Source of the DNA: an uncultured virus (IMG/VR IMGVR_UViG_3300016472_001095) | Taxonomy: Duplodnaviria > Heunggongvirae > Uroviricota > Caudoviricetes | Virus record (IMG/VR): IMGVR_UViG_3300016472_001095 | DNA: 64,000 nucleotides | Reading direction: 5' to 3' (one strand) | Program-made: the position numbers and the translations under genes | The notes under the pieces: generated by a model | Seen by the model: only the letters and a program-made list of their open reading frames with translations | Database searches by the model: none | What the model was told of the DNA's origin: nothing | Shown: piece after piece, positions 30,401 to 38,933 of the stretch | How positions within the stretch are numbered: position 1 is the stretch's first letter | Layout: each line of letters starts with the position of its first letter

Positions 30401-30628
30401 ACTCAAAGTACATTAGCATGGGCACCAGTTCCAAAAGTTGATATTAACAACAAGTATGAAAAAGAGTGGAGATTTACTTACAAGAATATACCATCATTTG
30501 GATCTGCATCTATTAAAATTGTAATGGTAGAAGATTCTATGGATTCAGACCCCGCTTCTTTAACGCAAGCAGCAGTTAAGAATAGCGCTACAATTAACTT
30601 TAGCTGTTTTACTCGTGCACCGCAATGA
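27470..30628 (+). CDS. Secreted GH13 alpha-amylase-family hydrolase with long C-terminal extension
   Basis: Signal peptide; MLQYF, LWLPPP, GYDLFD, DNIMNH, GLRLDAVKH (nucleophile D), GEH (acid/base E), SHDN. Confidence 0.93.
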   Translation: MKRAIAFFISLFISVNVQAEAMLQYFNTSWAEITAKLPELAEVGYDSLWLPPPAKAGSAYSVGYDLFDPFDLGSKDQRGSTFTRYGTEAELIMLIETAHRFGIRVYFDNIMNHRGFDTPGYTLDTPLDLYPGMRPEDFHLKLMPDGTYRKWYNTSDWGNVWEVQNRGLSDLIDIATETGVWNKNHGPEEGWWTQKVKFLRHPNNPEYYCYDANGNYVGFGYENGLTVEYLAANEEYYSEYVEEYLNRSVRWFMDRTKCDGLRLDAVKHVPYDFFGASYGADRDFSDYGYVGQAQRQFNISRGFADINHRDSVFNTDIGRDDAMMFGEHLGEPPPYGDYINSGMRLVDNILKSNLDNRLGNNLTGFDTQGSGGFGADVAVMHSQSHDNGWSTDRHLQHAFYFTRAGLPLIYTDGNYHAGVLTNSGGEFPRIANSAFLGQWSDPRIPNLVKIHNNFSRGSQKGIWSDNDYVAYERIDRRYGASSDATGVTGITMINGNRWNGRSAPITSSFPPGAYLFQYATGPNGSGQVGFYKYANELRNVIVPPSSYYMFSYRTPERPLINNGYNAINILENGTNVPYIKVKRKDGTNGDAAFNPYGLTDTNTTDFTYETYIPIVRSGQNLSFLVQLDGSTENVLIKLDGGVDVNSQMGLGSMTDIKRDYPPGTDDMFLGYEQMKFDYRVRDKFAAANVTRNIVGSQGAETYIARKGVRRVSYNNGNGSNAFFTPTDYIYHDPNVIADGRRQFTNSASGATIRIKTGEYYNNAKLFVYYTIDGSTFPEGYGGAPLNNTTRVIEATKESTGPNDSNGKPTYWWVANIPWPTTELRYKIGGTYMDTLAVFPSDGNMVSIKGKMVSQFSITNFNATTVENYVHNDFMSKRVGLEEGYHVLRARAFLKAPGFTPYYNTFTQVFYYDSKAPTGQVIFPRAGETLYSSSYEFVIKTDSTVKEMYYNIRDANALNDDAATGEVNGNGVLVNSNRTQSTLAWAPVPKVDINNKYEKEWRFTYKNIPSFGSASIKIVMVEDSMDSDPASLTQAAVKNSATINFSCFTRAPQ

Positions 30629-30882
30629 TAAATAATAATGATGAGCTTTCAAAGCTTATTCGACAAGCTAGTATTCGCAATAACCCTGGTAATGCGTATT
30701 TTGATAGTTTCCTTTCTCGCTATAAAATGTATAGTAATGCAAAAAGCAGAAGACAAAAAATCATGGTGGCTTTTACGATAATAGTCGTTACATTATTTTC
30801 AACATTGTTGGTAGTTGAAAAACTACACAGAAATACCTTAGATATACAAACTGCATCAGGAATAGAAAATGAATCTAAATGA
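30625..30882 (+). CDS. Small single-pass membrane protein with DIQTASG tail
   Basis: One hydrophobic segment after a basic stretch; ATGA-coupled to the amylase. Confidence 0.6.
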   Translation: MINNNDELSKLIRQASIRNNPGNAYFDSFLSRYKMYSNAKSRRQKIMVAFTIIVVTLFSTLLVVEKLHRNTLDIQTASGIENESK

Positions 30883-31090
30883 CAGAAAGATAATTGTTTT
30901 TGAAGGGGATGTTTGTGAAGTTGTAAAATGGATTAAAGAAAAATTAGGAAAGCATGAAGTTTTATGTTTAAGGGAATATTTTAATGATCAAAACGTCTAT
31001 GGTGTTTATTTAGAAGGGGATGAAAAGTTTAGATACTATTATGAATGTATAGGTAAAGGCCGATATACAGTATTTGTTATTAATGAATGA
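30869..31090 (+). CDS. Hypothetical protein
   Basis: 73-aa ORF overlapping the previous gene. Confidence 0.55.
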   Translation: MNLNDRKIIVFEGDVCEVVKWIKEKLGKHEVLCLREYFNDQNVYGVYLEGDEKFRYYYECIGKGRYTVFVINE

Positions 31091-31133
31091 GAAATAAATC
31101 TAATGTTTTTTAAGTTTGTCTGTCTAATATAAT

Positions 31134-31493
31134 ATGAGAAAAATAATTCTAGCAGTAATTTTGACAGTATTAGCATCTGTTTATGTTTTTGGACAAGATC
31201 AAATTTCTATTTCCATTAGTAAATCATCTTCCGGTGAATTAATTATGACAGTTAAAGGCCATACAACACCGGTCACTGTTAAAATAAACGATAAAGAAGT
31301 TACAATTCAAGTTAATGAAAGTGAAATTAATTTAACAGCTCTTGGTATTAATGAATTAACTGAAGTCTCAGTAGAAGAAGTAGATACTGCAGCGGGAAGC
31401 GAGACTTCAACAGATACCCAGGCTACTGCATCTCCAATACCACCAGTAAGCCCATTTATTTCCCCAACCCCTCCTCTTACCACTCCATTTTAA
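31134..31493 (+). CDS. Small secreted protein with EVDTAAG motif and Pro-rich tail
   Basis: Signal peptide MRKIILAVIL...VFG. Confidence 0.7.
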   Translation: MRKIILAVILTVLASVYVFGQDQISISISKSSSGELIMTVKGHTTPVTVKINDKEVTIQVNESEINLTALGINELTEVSVEEVDTAAGSETSTDTQATASPIPPVSPFISPTPPLTTPF

Positions 31494-31990
31494 TAATCAG
31501 TAATATTAGCCGGTAAAGCCCAATCATCTATTACAAAACTTTTTTCTATTTTTATCTTGTAGGTCTCTTCTGCCCATTGCTTTAAAAGACTATTATATTT
31601 ATTTCTATCCCCGGACACCCCCACATACATAGTACCTTGATTCATATCGTATACCCACAATTTATTTTTATATTCGAATATACAAATTGCATGGCCAAAA
31701 ACTAAAGCAGCTTTTTTCCCATTTATAATAATATCATCTTCGTGTTTATATGTATAACCAAAAATAGAAGAGTAAATATCTGGATTAGTTTCTGATTTAA
31801 GAACAAGGTTTGCACGTGATGCATGAATTAATGCTTCTAAGAAGCAAGAATTAGGTAATTTTGTATAATCATAAGTCCTAGAAGTACTATTTTTTCCTAG
31901 ATAATAACCAGACTCTAGAGAAACGTATAAGCCTGCTAATAACAGCGTTATAACCGTAAACCACTTTAAGAATGTCTTAAAACGTTTCGT
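31490..31990 (-). CDS. Membrane-anchored transglutaminase-like Cys-His-Asp protein; apparent ACG start
   Basis: N-terminal TM; PNSCF...GHAICIF...WVYD; TAAATA-N5-ACG. Confidence 0.6.
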   Translation of the reverse strand, partial: TKRFKTFLKWFTVITLLLAGLYVSLESGYYLGKNSTSRTYDYTKLPNSCFLEALIHASRANLVLKSETNPDIYSSIFGYTYKHEDDIIINGKKAALVFGHAICIFEYKNKLWVYDMNQGTMYVGVSGDRNKYNSLLKQWAEETYKIKIEKSFVIDDWALPANITDY

Positions 31991-32024
31991 ATAATTATTT
32001 AATCTACAATAAATAATAATATAT

Positions 32025-32939
32025 ATGGCAGACGTAACAATATCTGGGTTAAATTCAGCACCTTCTGTAAGCTTGACAGACGTTCTTCCTATTTCTAACG
32101 GATCAACCACTTATAAAGCGTCTATACAGCAAATTTTATCTGTTAGCACTAGCGCCTATATGATTGATTATATTATTGTTGCAGGTGGCGGAGCAGGTGG
32201 TGGTAATTTAGGTGGTGGTGGTGGCGGCGGTGGGGTTATAAGCGGTACCACTTACGTTGATATTGGTCAAAGATATCCTGTAATTGTAGGTTCTGGAGGA
32301 ACAGCAGCTAACGGTACTTATAATAAGGGAGGAAATGGTCAACCTTCAGTATTTTTAGGGCAAACAGCAGTTGGAGGTGGTGGTGGTGGTTCAGGAGATG
32401 CTTGGAGAACGTTTTCCGGAAATAGAGGTGGATCAGGAGGAGGGTGTTCTGGATATAGAGATAGTTTAGAATTTGGACCGCAAGGTATACCAGGTCAAGG
32501 GTGTGATGGCGGTCAAGGAGGGGGTTACGGAGCAGGTGGAGGAGGCGGTGCTACTGGTCCCGGGCTTGTAGGGTTTGCTGCAGCAGGCGGTAACGGTGGA
32601 CCTGGATTTACTTGGGTTAACGGAACTGTTTACGGAGGCGGTGGCGGTGGTGCAGGGTACCCTAGTCCTGCAGGATCTGGAGGAACTGGAGGGGGTGGTA
32701 ACGGTGGTATTGGAAATACCACAGCAGCAGTAAATGGAACAAACGGATTAGGGGGTGGAGGCGGTGGCAGATCTTATAATGATTCGCCTTCTAATTCAGG
32801 TAGCGGGGGATCAGGAACTGTAATTGTTAGATATTACGGTTCCCAAAAAGCTGGTTCTTCAGGCGGTACAGTGACTTTTGCCGGGGGATATACTTACCAT
32901 ACATTTACAACAACAGGAGCTTCAACTTTTGTAGCATAA
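32025..32939 (+). CDS. Glycine-rich domain virion protein, paralogue 1
   Basis: MADVTISGL anchor; VAGGG...GSGTVIVRY...YTYHTFT. Confidence 0.8.
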   Translation: MADVTISGLNSAPSVSLTDVLPISNGSTTYKASIQQILSVSTSAYMIDYIIVAGGGAGGGNLGGGGGGGGVISGTTYVDIGQRYPVIVGSGGTAANGTYNKGGNGQPSVFLGQTAVGGGGGGSGDAWRTFSGNRGGSGGGCSGYRDSLEFGPQGIPGQGCDGGQGGGYGAGGGGGATGPGLVGFAAAGGNGGPGFTWVNGTVYGGGGGGAGYPSPAGSGGTGGGGNGGIGNTTAAVNGTNGLGGGGGGRSYNDSPSNSGSGGSGTVIVRYYGSQKAGSSGGTVTFAGGYTYHTFTTTGASTFVA

Positions 32940-32943
32940 AAAT

Positions 32944-33873
32944 ATGGCCGACGTAACAATATCTGGGCTAAACCCTGCACCTTCTGTTTCTATTACCGGG
33001 GTTGTACCTTATTCAGATGGAGCAACTACTTATAAAGCATCAATAAGTCAGTTATTATCATCTTTTTATGTTTTAGAAGCATTAGTTGTAGGAGGCGGGG
33101 GTTCAGGAGGGCATGGCTTTGCTGGCGGAGGCGGGGCTGGTGCAGTATTAGGAATACAAACTATAGCATATTCAGGAACTACATATAGAGTAGTGGTGGG
33201 AGCTGGTGGAGTTGCAACATCATCAAGAACAAGAGGAAACAATGGTGGTTTTTCTAGTTTTGCAGAAAACATAGCTACGGGCGGAGGCTCCGGTGCAGCA
33301 GGAAACATGGCTTATGAAATAGCTACAACCGGGGGGTGTGGAGGAGGCGGAAGCGGTGAAATATCACTTCAAGGTGCACCTGGATTATTTGGAGGCTCTG
33401 GTGGAAGAGGCTATAGCGGCGGTAATTATCCTGGTGGAGGAGGGGGAGGAGCTAATGGCAATGGTACTGATGCAACTTCATCTACCGGGGGTAACGGAGG
33501 TATCGGTACATCATTGTATTCTGCATGGGGAGCAGCTACAAATACTGGGCAACTCGCTGGTGGTATAAGATACTACGGAGGCGGTGGAGGGGGTAGTACT
33601 TATCAAGGTGGAACTGCAGGAGTTGGAGGGTTGGGCGGAGGAGGCGCAGGGAGTTCAAGTACAAATGGTACAGCTGGAACTGCTAATACTGGTGGCGGTG
33701 GCGGAGGCGGTGCATGGCAAAGTGGTGGATATAATGGTGGAGCTGGTGGTTCAGGGGTTGTGATAGTTAGATATTTAGGTAATCAACGAGGTACAGGAGG
33801 AACTGTTGTTTCTTCCGGTGGTTACACCTATCATACCTATACTGCAACTGGTGATAGCAGCTTTACTGCTTAA
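32944..33873 (+). CDS. Glycine-rich domain virion protein, paralogue 2
   Basis: Same architecture; 5' DNA nearly identical to paralogue 1. Confidence 0.8.
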   Translation: MADVTISGLNPAPSVSITGVVPYSDGATTYKASISQLLSSFYVLEALVVGGGGSGGHGFAGGGGAGAVLGIQTIAYSGTTYRVVVGAGGVATSSRTRGNNGGFSSFAENIATGGGSGAAGNMAYEIATTGGCGGGGSGEISLQGAPGLFGGSGGRGYSGGNYPGGGGGGANGNGTDATSSTGGNGGIGTSLYSAWGAATNTGQLAGGIRYYGGGGGGSTYQGGTAGVGGLGGGGAGSSSTNGTAGTANTGGGGGGGAWQSGGYNGGAGGSGVVIVRYLGNQRGTGGTVVSSGGYTYHTYTATGDSSFTA

Positions 33874-34472
33874 GAAAAAATATCTTTACCTTCCAAGACT
33901 AATTGACGCATTTGAGCTAAAGTTTTTCCTGTTCTCCACTCAAAATGAGGATAGTCTTTAAAAGATTTCCAACTACCACCCCATTCTAAATTATATTTTG
34001 CTCCAATTTCAGCCGCCTTACGGTGAAATGCTTCAGCTTCAGATGGCTTGTGTTCATCTAGGTATTTTCCATCTTTAAAAACACCCATATCTACTGCAAT
34101 TCCATAATTATGATTACTGAAACCAGGCTTTGCATTGGTAACTATTTTCCCCGGGGCTGTTCTACCTTGGGCATAAATCTTTTCTTGCTCTTCCCAAGTT
34201 CTATTACCTGAAATTGCTTTATATTCGTACCCATAAGCTTTTGCTAAAATTTGACACTCTAAAATCCATTTTTTGAATACTTCTTGTACTTTAGAATGAA
34301 GGGTTGCCACGTTTTTAGCGCTTCTTTCGTCTAAACCAGCTAAATCTGTTTTTTCTGTAGTCGCCGATGGTTTAATTACTGGTTTATCTACAGGCTTTGG
34401 TGCTATAGGAGAGGGAGAAGGTGTAGGTTTATTGTTTCTACGTAATCCATTATCTCTAGATGACCAGCCCAT
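33870..34472 (-). CDS. Endolysin, M15 family L-Ala-D-Glu peptidase-like
   Basis: GNRT..EQ..YAQGRT..VTNA..SNHNYGIAVD..WGG.W..DYPHFE. Confidence 0.92.
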   Translation of the reverse strand: MGWSSRDNGLRRNNKPTPSPSPIAPKPVDKPVIKPSATTEKTDLAGLDERSAKNVATLHSKVQEVFKKWILECQILAKAYGYEYKAISGNRTWEEQEKIYAQGRTAPGKIVTNAKPGFSNHNYGIAVDMGVFKDGKYLDEHKPSEAEAFHRKAAEIGAKYNLEWGGSWKSFKDYPHFEWRTGKTLAQMRQLVLEGKDIFS

Positions 34473-34478
34473 ATTCTA

Positions 34479-34634
34479 TTACTTAAAGGAGTCCTCTGTA
34501 AAATCTTTTTTCATAGCATCTTCAGCTGATTGAAGTGTGGGTTCACCTTTATTTTGATTTTCGGCAAAAGGACATTGTGTTGGCCCACAACTGGTTAATG
34601 CTATTAAAGGTATAATTAGAACGAGCTTCTTCAC
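34479..34634 (-). CDS. 51-aa lipoprotein (not in track)
   Basis: TAAATA-N5-GTG; MKKLVLIIPLIALTS|CGPTQC lipobox. Confidence 0.7.
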   Translation of the reverse strand: MKKLVLIIPLIALTSCGPTQCPFAENQNKGEPTLQSAEDAMKKDFTEDSFK

Positions 34635-34667
34635 ATTATTATTTATAAGATTTTAATAAATAATATT

Positions 34668-35669
34668 ATGGCCGATATAACCATTTCAGGTTTAACTCCT
34701 GTTTCAAGCTTGCTTAATAATGCTGTATTTCCTGTTTCTCAAGGAGGAACTACTTATAGTGCAACTGTATCTCAGCTAACCCAAGCCAATACACTATCGG
34801 CAGAAGTTTTATTAGTAGGCGGAGGTGCTTCTGGTGGTTATTGGTATTATGGTGGTGGCGGCGGTGGCGGTGGCGTTGTATTCTTGCAAAATGCTTTGTT
34901 TATAAAAGGGTGTTCATATAATATAGGTGTTGGTAAAGGAGGCGTCCCATATTATAGTAGAGGTGATTATATTGCGCAATACAACTGTATTGCAGCAAGG
35001 GGTGGAAGAGGCGGTGTAGATGGTACATCTTCTATAATCAATGGAACAGGATTGAGCTTGATTGCTTATGGTGGCGGAGGTGGCGGTGGAGACAGCTCTG
35101 GCGGTGACACAACGTCCTGTGGTGGGCGTCCTGGAGGTTCCGGAGGCGGTGCATCAATATATGCATGGTCGTATACTGGTGATGGAGTACCCGGGCAAGG
35201 TTTTTCTGGCGGTGGTGGTTCACAGCATCCTACTGTAGGTCCAGGCGGAGGGGGAGGTGGTGGAGGAGCTGGCGGAGTAGGGGGTACCGCTATTTCTACC
35301 AAAGGCGGAGATGGTGGACCGGGAATTCAATTATCAATAACAGGTACCTCTGTATATTATGGAGCTGGCGGTGGAGGTGCTGCATATAGCACAGCTGTTG
35401 GTGGAACAGGCGGCCTAGGCGGCGGAGGTAATGGGGCTGGTAATAGTTCTTGGAACAACGGTAATGCTACCGGTATTGGAGCTGGAGGAGGTGGCGGTTC
35501 ATATAGCGAAAACAATTATAACCCTGGTACCGGCTCAAATGGAACAGTAATTATTGCTTACCCAGGCACTCAAAAAGCCACAGGAGGAACTATAAGCACA
35601 GTTTCAAGATCTGGATATACAGTTCATACGTTTTCTTATCCAGGTGGAACCTTTACACCTAATTTCTAA
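34668..35669 (+). CDS. Glycine-rich domain virion protein, paralogue 3
   Basis: MADITISGL anchor plus Gly-rich domain. Confidence 0.8.
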   Translation: MADITISGLTPVSSLLNNAVFPVSQGGTTYSATVSQLTQANTLSAEVLLVGGGASGGYWYYGGGGGGGGVVFLQNALFIKGCSYNIGVGKGGVPYYSRGDYIAQYNCIAARGGRGGVDGTSSIINGTGLSLIAYGGGGGGGDSSGGDTTSCGGRPGGSGGGASIYAWSYTGDGVPGQGFSGGGGSQHPTVGPGGGGGGGGAGGVGGTAISTKGGDGGPGIQLSITGTSVYYGAGGGGAAYSTAVGGTGGLGGGGNGAGNSSWNNGNATGIGAGGGGGSYSENNYNPGTGSNGTVIIAYPGTQKATGGTISTVSRSGYTVHTFSYPGGTFTPNF

Positions 35670-36086
35670 TTATTTTATAAGATCTTTTGCTTTATCCCAA
35701 AGAGAATCAGATTCTATACCATCTTTACGCCAAGAATTTAATACACCGTAATATACAAAGTGCTGGGGGTCAATTTTAAAAAGAACATTACCATGCTTAT
35801 CTACATAATTAGAAATACCTGAGTTCTTTTGTAGCTCTACCCCTTTATACTCTTTAAAACGAATTTTATATTGTTCAATAAGATTATTATAACGCTCGAC
35901 GCCAAACGAGGTTATAATTCCACTACCATCTTCTGTAAATCCTAGAATTCCAGAGTTTAAATTATCATAGTTTTGAGGTGTAGTTGAATCAAAAGAAGCA
36001 GTACTGTCATCTACTTTATCTGGTGTTACCGTTGCACACCCTACAAGTAAAAAACTACTCAGACAAAAGCTTACGAATAGTTTCAA
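35670..36086 (-). CDS. Lipoprotein, o-spanin candidate
   Basis: LLVG|C lipobox; overlaps the upstream small membrane ORF. Confidence 0.6.
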   Translation of the reverse strand: MKLFVSFCLSSFLLVGCATVTPDKVDDSTASFDSTTPQNYDNLNSGILGFTEDGSGIITSFGVERYNNLIEQYKIRFKEYKGVELQKNSGISNYVDKHGNVLFKIDPQHFVYYGVLNSWRKDGIESDSLWDKAKDLIK

Positions 36087-36252
36087 TGTCTTTCTCCTTG
36101 ATTGCTCTTTCTAGTTTATTCTGAAAGTCAGTTTCTTTTTGTTTGATCTGACGATCTTTCATCTCTTTAGTATTCTTATGACCAAAGAGGTTGTTTATAG
36201 CTTGAAATATCCCAGAAATGGCGCCTATAATAGCTTCAGCAATTCCAGGCAT
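36055..36252 (-). CDS. Small membrane-associated coiled-coil protein, i-spanin candidate
   Basis: N-terminal hydrophobic helix then charged helix. Confidence 0.5.
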   Translation of the reverse strand: MPGIAEAIIGAISGIFQAINNLFGHKNTKEMKDRQIKQKETDFQNKLERAIKEKDIETIRKLLSE

Positions 36253-36253
36253 G

Positions 36254-36715
36254 TTACTCTACGTATTCGTCAGTGGCTGTCTTGCAGCCCTTTGCTATAG
36301 CGTTAAGAACATCTACACCAAGTTTTGCGTCGCCATCAAGCTTTGCAAATTGTGCTGCATAAATGTCCTTTACAACGGTAACATACTTTACCCAATGAGT
36401 CTTTTCCTGAGGAAGATAATCAGTAAGAGCTTTTTGTAGTTGATCGGGGGTAGGTGTAGCACCACGAGTAAGACCTTCAACTACGGTTGAAACATGATTA
36501 ATCATCTTAGCTTTTTCAACTCTATCTTCAGGAGAAACAGCCTGTTCAAGCACTACTGTACAAGCTAGAGTCACTGCAGGAGCGATATAGGGAAGAGCGT
36601 TTTCTACAGCCTGCTTAGGGGTAGTAGTACCACCAACATCAGAACCACCACCAGTATTGGTAGTTGAGCAGCCGGCTAAAATTGCAACAAGAGCGAAAGG
36701 TAAAAGTATATTCAT
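36254..36715 (-). CDS. Helical lipoprotein
   Basis: ILAG|C lipobox. Confidence 0.7.
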   Translation of the reverse strand: MNILLPFALVAILAGCSTTNTGGGSDVGGTTTPKQAVENALPYIAPAVTLACTVVLEQAVSPEDRVEKAKMINHVSTVVEGLTRGATPTPDQLQKALTDYLPQEKTHWVKYVTVVKDIYAAQFAKLDGDAKLGVDVLNAIAKGCKTATDEYVE

Positions 36716-36719
36716 ATAA

Positions 36720-36992
36720 TTAATTAGTCTTTTCGTTTAGTAATTCCACCTTCTTTTCTTTCTTTTCCTTTTGTGTTCGACTGATTGATTGATCTATAAA
36801 TGCACGTACTGCTATAAACCCTTGTAAGAGCATGTTTGCAATAATTATTGTCAAAGCTATAGATGATATGTCTTTAAATGATTTATAACCACTTAAATCA
36901 GTAATAAGAGCTGGTATTGCGGCTATAGCAAAATAAAGAAATGCTCTAAACCAAGCACAATCTTTCATAAAAGTATTTAATCTGTCGTTCAC
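36720..36992 (-). CDS. Holin candidate
   Basis: Two TM segments and a highly charged C-terminus, near the endolysin. Confidence 0.6.
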   Translation of the reverse strand: MNDRLNTFMKDCAWFRAFLYFAIAAIPALITDLSGYKSFKDISSIALTIIIANMLLQGFIAVRAFIDQSISRTQKEKKEKKVELLNEKTN

Positions 36993-37345
36993 TTTAATGT
37001 CAACAGATACTTCAATTTATTTAAAACTGCTAGCATTTCATCTCTCAAGTTTAACAAATCGGTGTCCGCTGTATCTAAGTCTTTTTCTAAGCCAACAAGA
37101 AAAGAAATATAGTTATTAATATAATCTTTATAATTTTCACTTAAATTATCTAATTCTATATTATAGGTAATTTTTGCTTTAACTTTTCCGTATTTACCCA
37201 TATAAACTTCTAAGAACTCATCAACTAAATCTGTTAATGATTCATATGCCTCACCAAATGCTTTATGTTGTGCGTAGCTTTCAGTTTGCCAATGAAAAAT
37301 TCTAAGCTGTTCTTGTATTTTTATTAAAGGAGCTACTAATTTCAT
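36989..37345 (-). CDS. Ferritin/Dps-like four-helix protein (DUF5856-like)
   Basis: FHWQTESYAQHKAF..Y..L..LVDEFLE; NLRDEML..KYLLTL. Confidence 0.8.
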   Translation of the reverse strand: MKLVAPLIKIQEQLRIFHWQTESYAQHKAFGEAYESLTDLVDEFLEVYMGKYGKVKAKITYNIELDNLSENYKDYINNYISFLVGLEKDLDTADTDLLNLRDEMLAVLNKLKYLLTLK

Positions 37346-37785
37346 TTAGGAATATTTACTCCAAATGCTTCGCATATCAATGCTATAGCTGATTGTTCTT
37401 TATCTGTATAATTATAAGATTCATAATCACCATATGGGTCGATTTCAGACCCCCCTAGAGAGGAAGAAGATTTCTTAATTTTCTCTAAAATTAGTACTAA
37501 TAATTGGTTTAAAACCATATCTGAAAATGCTGCCTTTACAAACTCTACAATATCATTGTATTCAAACTTACCTTTAAGTAATTCGAACGGGTTAGCGTAT
37601 AGGCCAAATACATAATGAGGAATATACTTTAATGTCATCTTTGCGCAATCTTTAATTACATGATATGCTGCGGGATTTACTATTGTTACCCCAGTTTCAG
37701 GGTTCGTACTAGCTTTGGTAGCAGGGCCTACCAACTTAGCTTCCTTTGCTTGGCTATTTTGCAAAATAATATCAATAAATTTCAT
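37342..37785 (-). CDS. Hypothetical protein
   Basis: 147-aa ORF coupled to neighbours. Confidence 0.6.
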   Translation of the reverse strand: MKFIDIILQNSQAKEAKLVGPATKASTNPETGVTIVNPAAYHVIKDCAKMTLKYIPHYVFGLYANPFELLKGKFEYNDIVEFVKAAFSDMVLNQLLVLILEKIKKSSSSLGGSEIDPYGDYESYNYTDKEQSAIALICEAFGVNIPK

Positions 37786-38230
37786 AAACTAGGTTCTTAA
37801 CTTCCTCATGCATCTCGTCTTTACTTATACATTTATGCTCTATTCCGTAAAAATCTAGAATGCTTAATCCACCCTTATCAAAGTCATACCTCATAGAATA
37901 AACTACTTTCTTTATACCATATGCAGCAATAGACTGTGCACAGTGTGAACAGGGCTGTAGAGTAATAGCAACAGTTTTCACTTCACCAGGATTAACTCTA
38001 GCTAGTAAGTTAGTCTCTGCATGTATCATATACGGTCTGCGTTTATTACGGTCAACCCAAAACTCTTCATCTACATTCTTTCCAGGAGCCAGACCATTAT
38101 AAGCAACACCTAGCACTTCATTATTAAATCCTAATGCACATGCACCTACTTTCATGTAAGGATCTTCACTTCTCCTGGTAGCAGCCCAAGCTAAGAGAAG
38201 CGCATGCTTATCCCATGAGATTCTTTGCAT
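37772..38230 (-). CDS. dCMP deaminase
   Basis: RSED..KVGA, YNG, HAETN, PCSHC. Confidence 0.9.
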   Translation of the reverse strand: MQRISWDKHALLLAWAATRRSEDPYMKVGACALGFNNEVLGVAYNGLAPGKNVDEEFWVDRNKRRPYMIHAETNLLARVNPGEVKTVAITLQPCSHCAQSIAAYGIKKVVYSMRYDFDKGGLSILDFYGIEHKCISKDEMHEEVKNLVYEIY

Positions 38231-38903
38231 AAAAATCAAGTAACGCTATAATATCATTTTTCATGTAAGGTGTTGGGTAATATAAGAACTCGTTTTCCTC
38301 TTTATTATAATACATAATTCCTAATTGGTTAACATTTCTACCAGTCATACCTTGATACATAAAAGCGTATAGAGATAACTGTAATGCGTAGGTGGTATAT
38401 TCACAGGATGAAAGATGGGTAAGAGGTGTTAATAGATATTCTGAATAAGGGTTAAAAAGATTAAATTTTTTATTTGTTTTTAAGTCAAATATACTAAAAC
38501 CGCCCTTATCTTCTAATCTTATTATATCTGCAGTACCCGCTATTTTAAATAAATGGTTATAAAGCTTTTCTTCTACAAGCAAAGTATCATCATCAGATAA
38601 AATGTTTAGTTTTTTATATGATTTTATTAAATCTTCATACCCCTCAGTGACTATTTTTGCACTATTATAATCTTCTAAAACGCTATGAATTTTTTGCCCA
38701 TAAATTTTACTATCGTTATTAATTTTCTTCCATCTCTCTTTTATTTCTTCTTGTGTAACACCTTCCTTTTCTGCTACTCTTTTAGAGACTTTTTCTATAT
38801 CAAAAGGTTTTTTAAATTTCGAAATTAATTGAGTTGTTGATATATATGCTTCTTCTGTATAAGGATTTACATATGTATGGGCAATCGGATCAAATTTAAG
38901 CAT
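38208..38903 (-). CDS. PD-(D/E)XK exonuclease
   Basis: G..IH, E...AGTADII...DLKT, QLSLYA. Confidence 0.88.
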   Translation of the reverse strand: MLKFDPIAHTYVNPYTEEAYISTTQLISKFKKPFDIEKVSKRVAEKEGVTQEEIKERWKKINNDSKIYGQKIHSVLEDYNSAKIVTEGYEDLIKSYKKLNILSDDDTLLVEEKLYNHLFKIAGTADIIRLEDKGGFSIFDLKTNKKFNLFNPYSEYLLTPLTHLSSCEYTTYALQLSLYAFMYQGMTGRNVNQLGIMYYNKEENEFLYYPTPYMKNDIIALLDFYAKNLMG

Positions 38904-38933
38904 TAATCTATTATATACAATATAAATTAGAAA

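Noticed and set aside
32025..35669. Diversity-generating retroelement acting on the paralogous Gly-rich genes
   Set aside because: No reverse transcriptase and no template/variable repeat pair differing only at adenines was seen
38208..38903. Cas4 / CRISPR adaptation gene
   Set aside because: Lacks the four-Cys Fe-S motif and cas context; an ordinary phage PD-(D/E)XK nuclease
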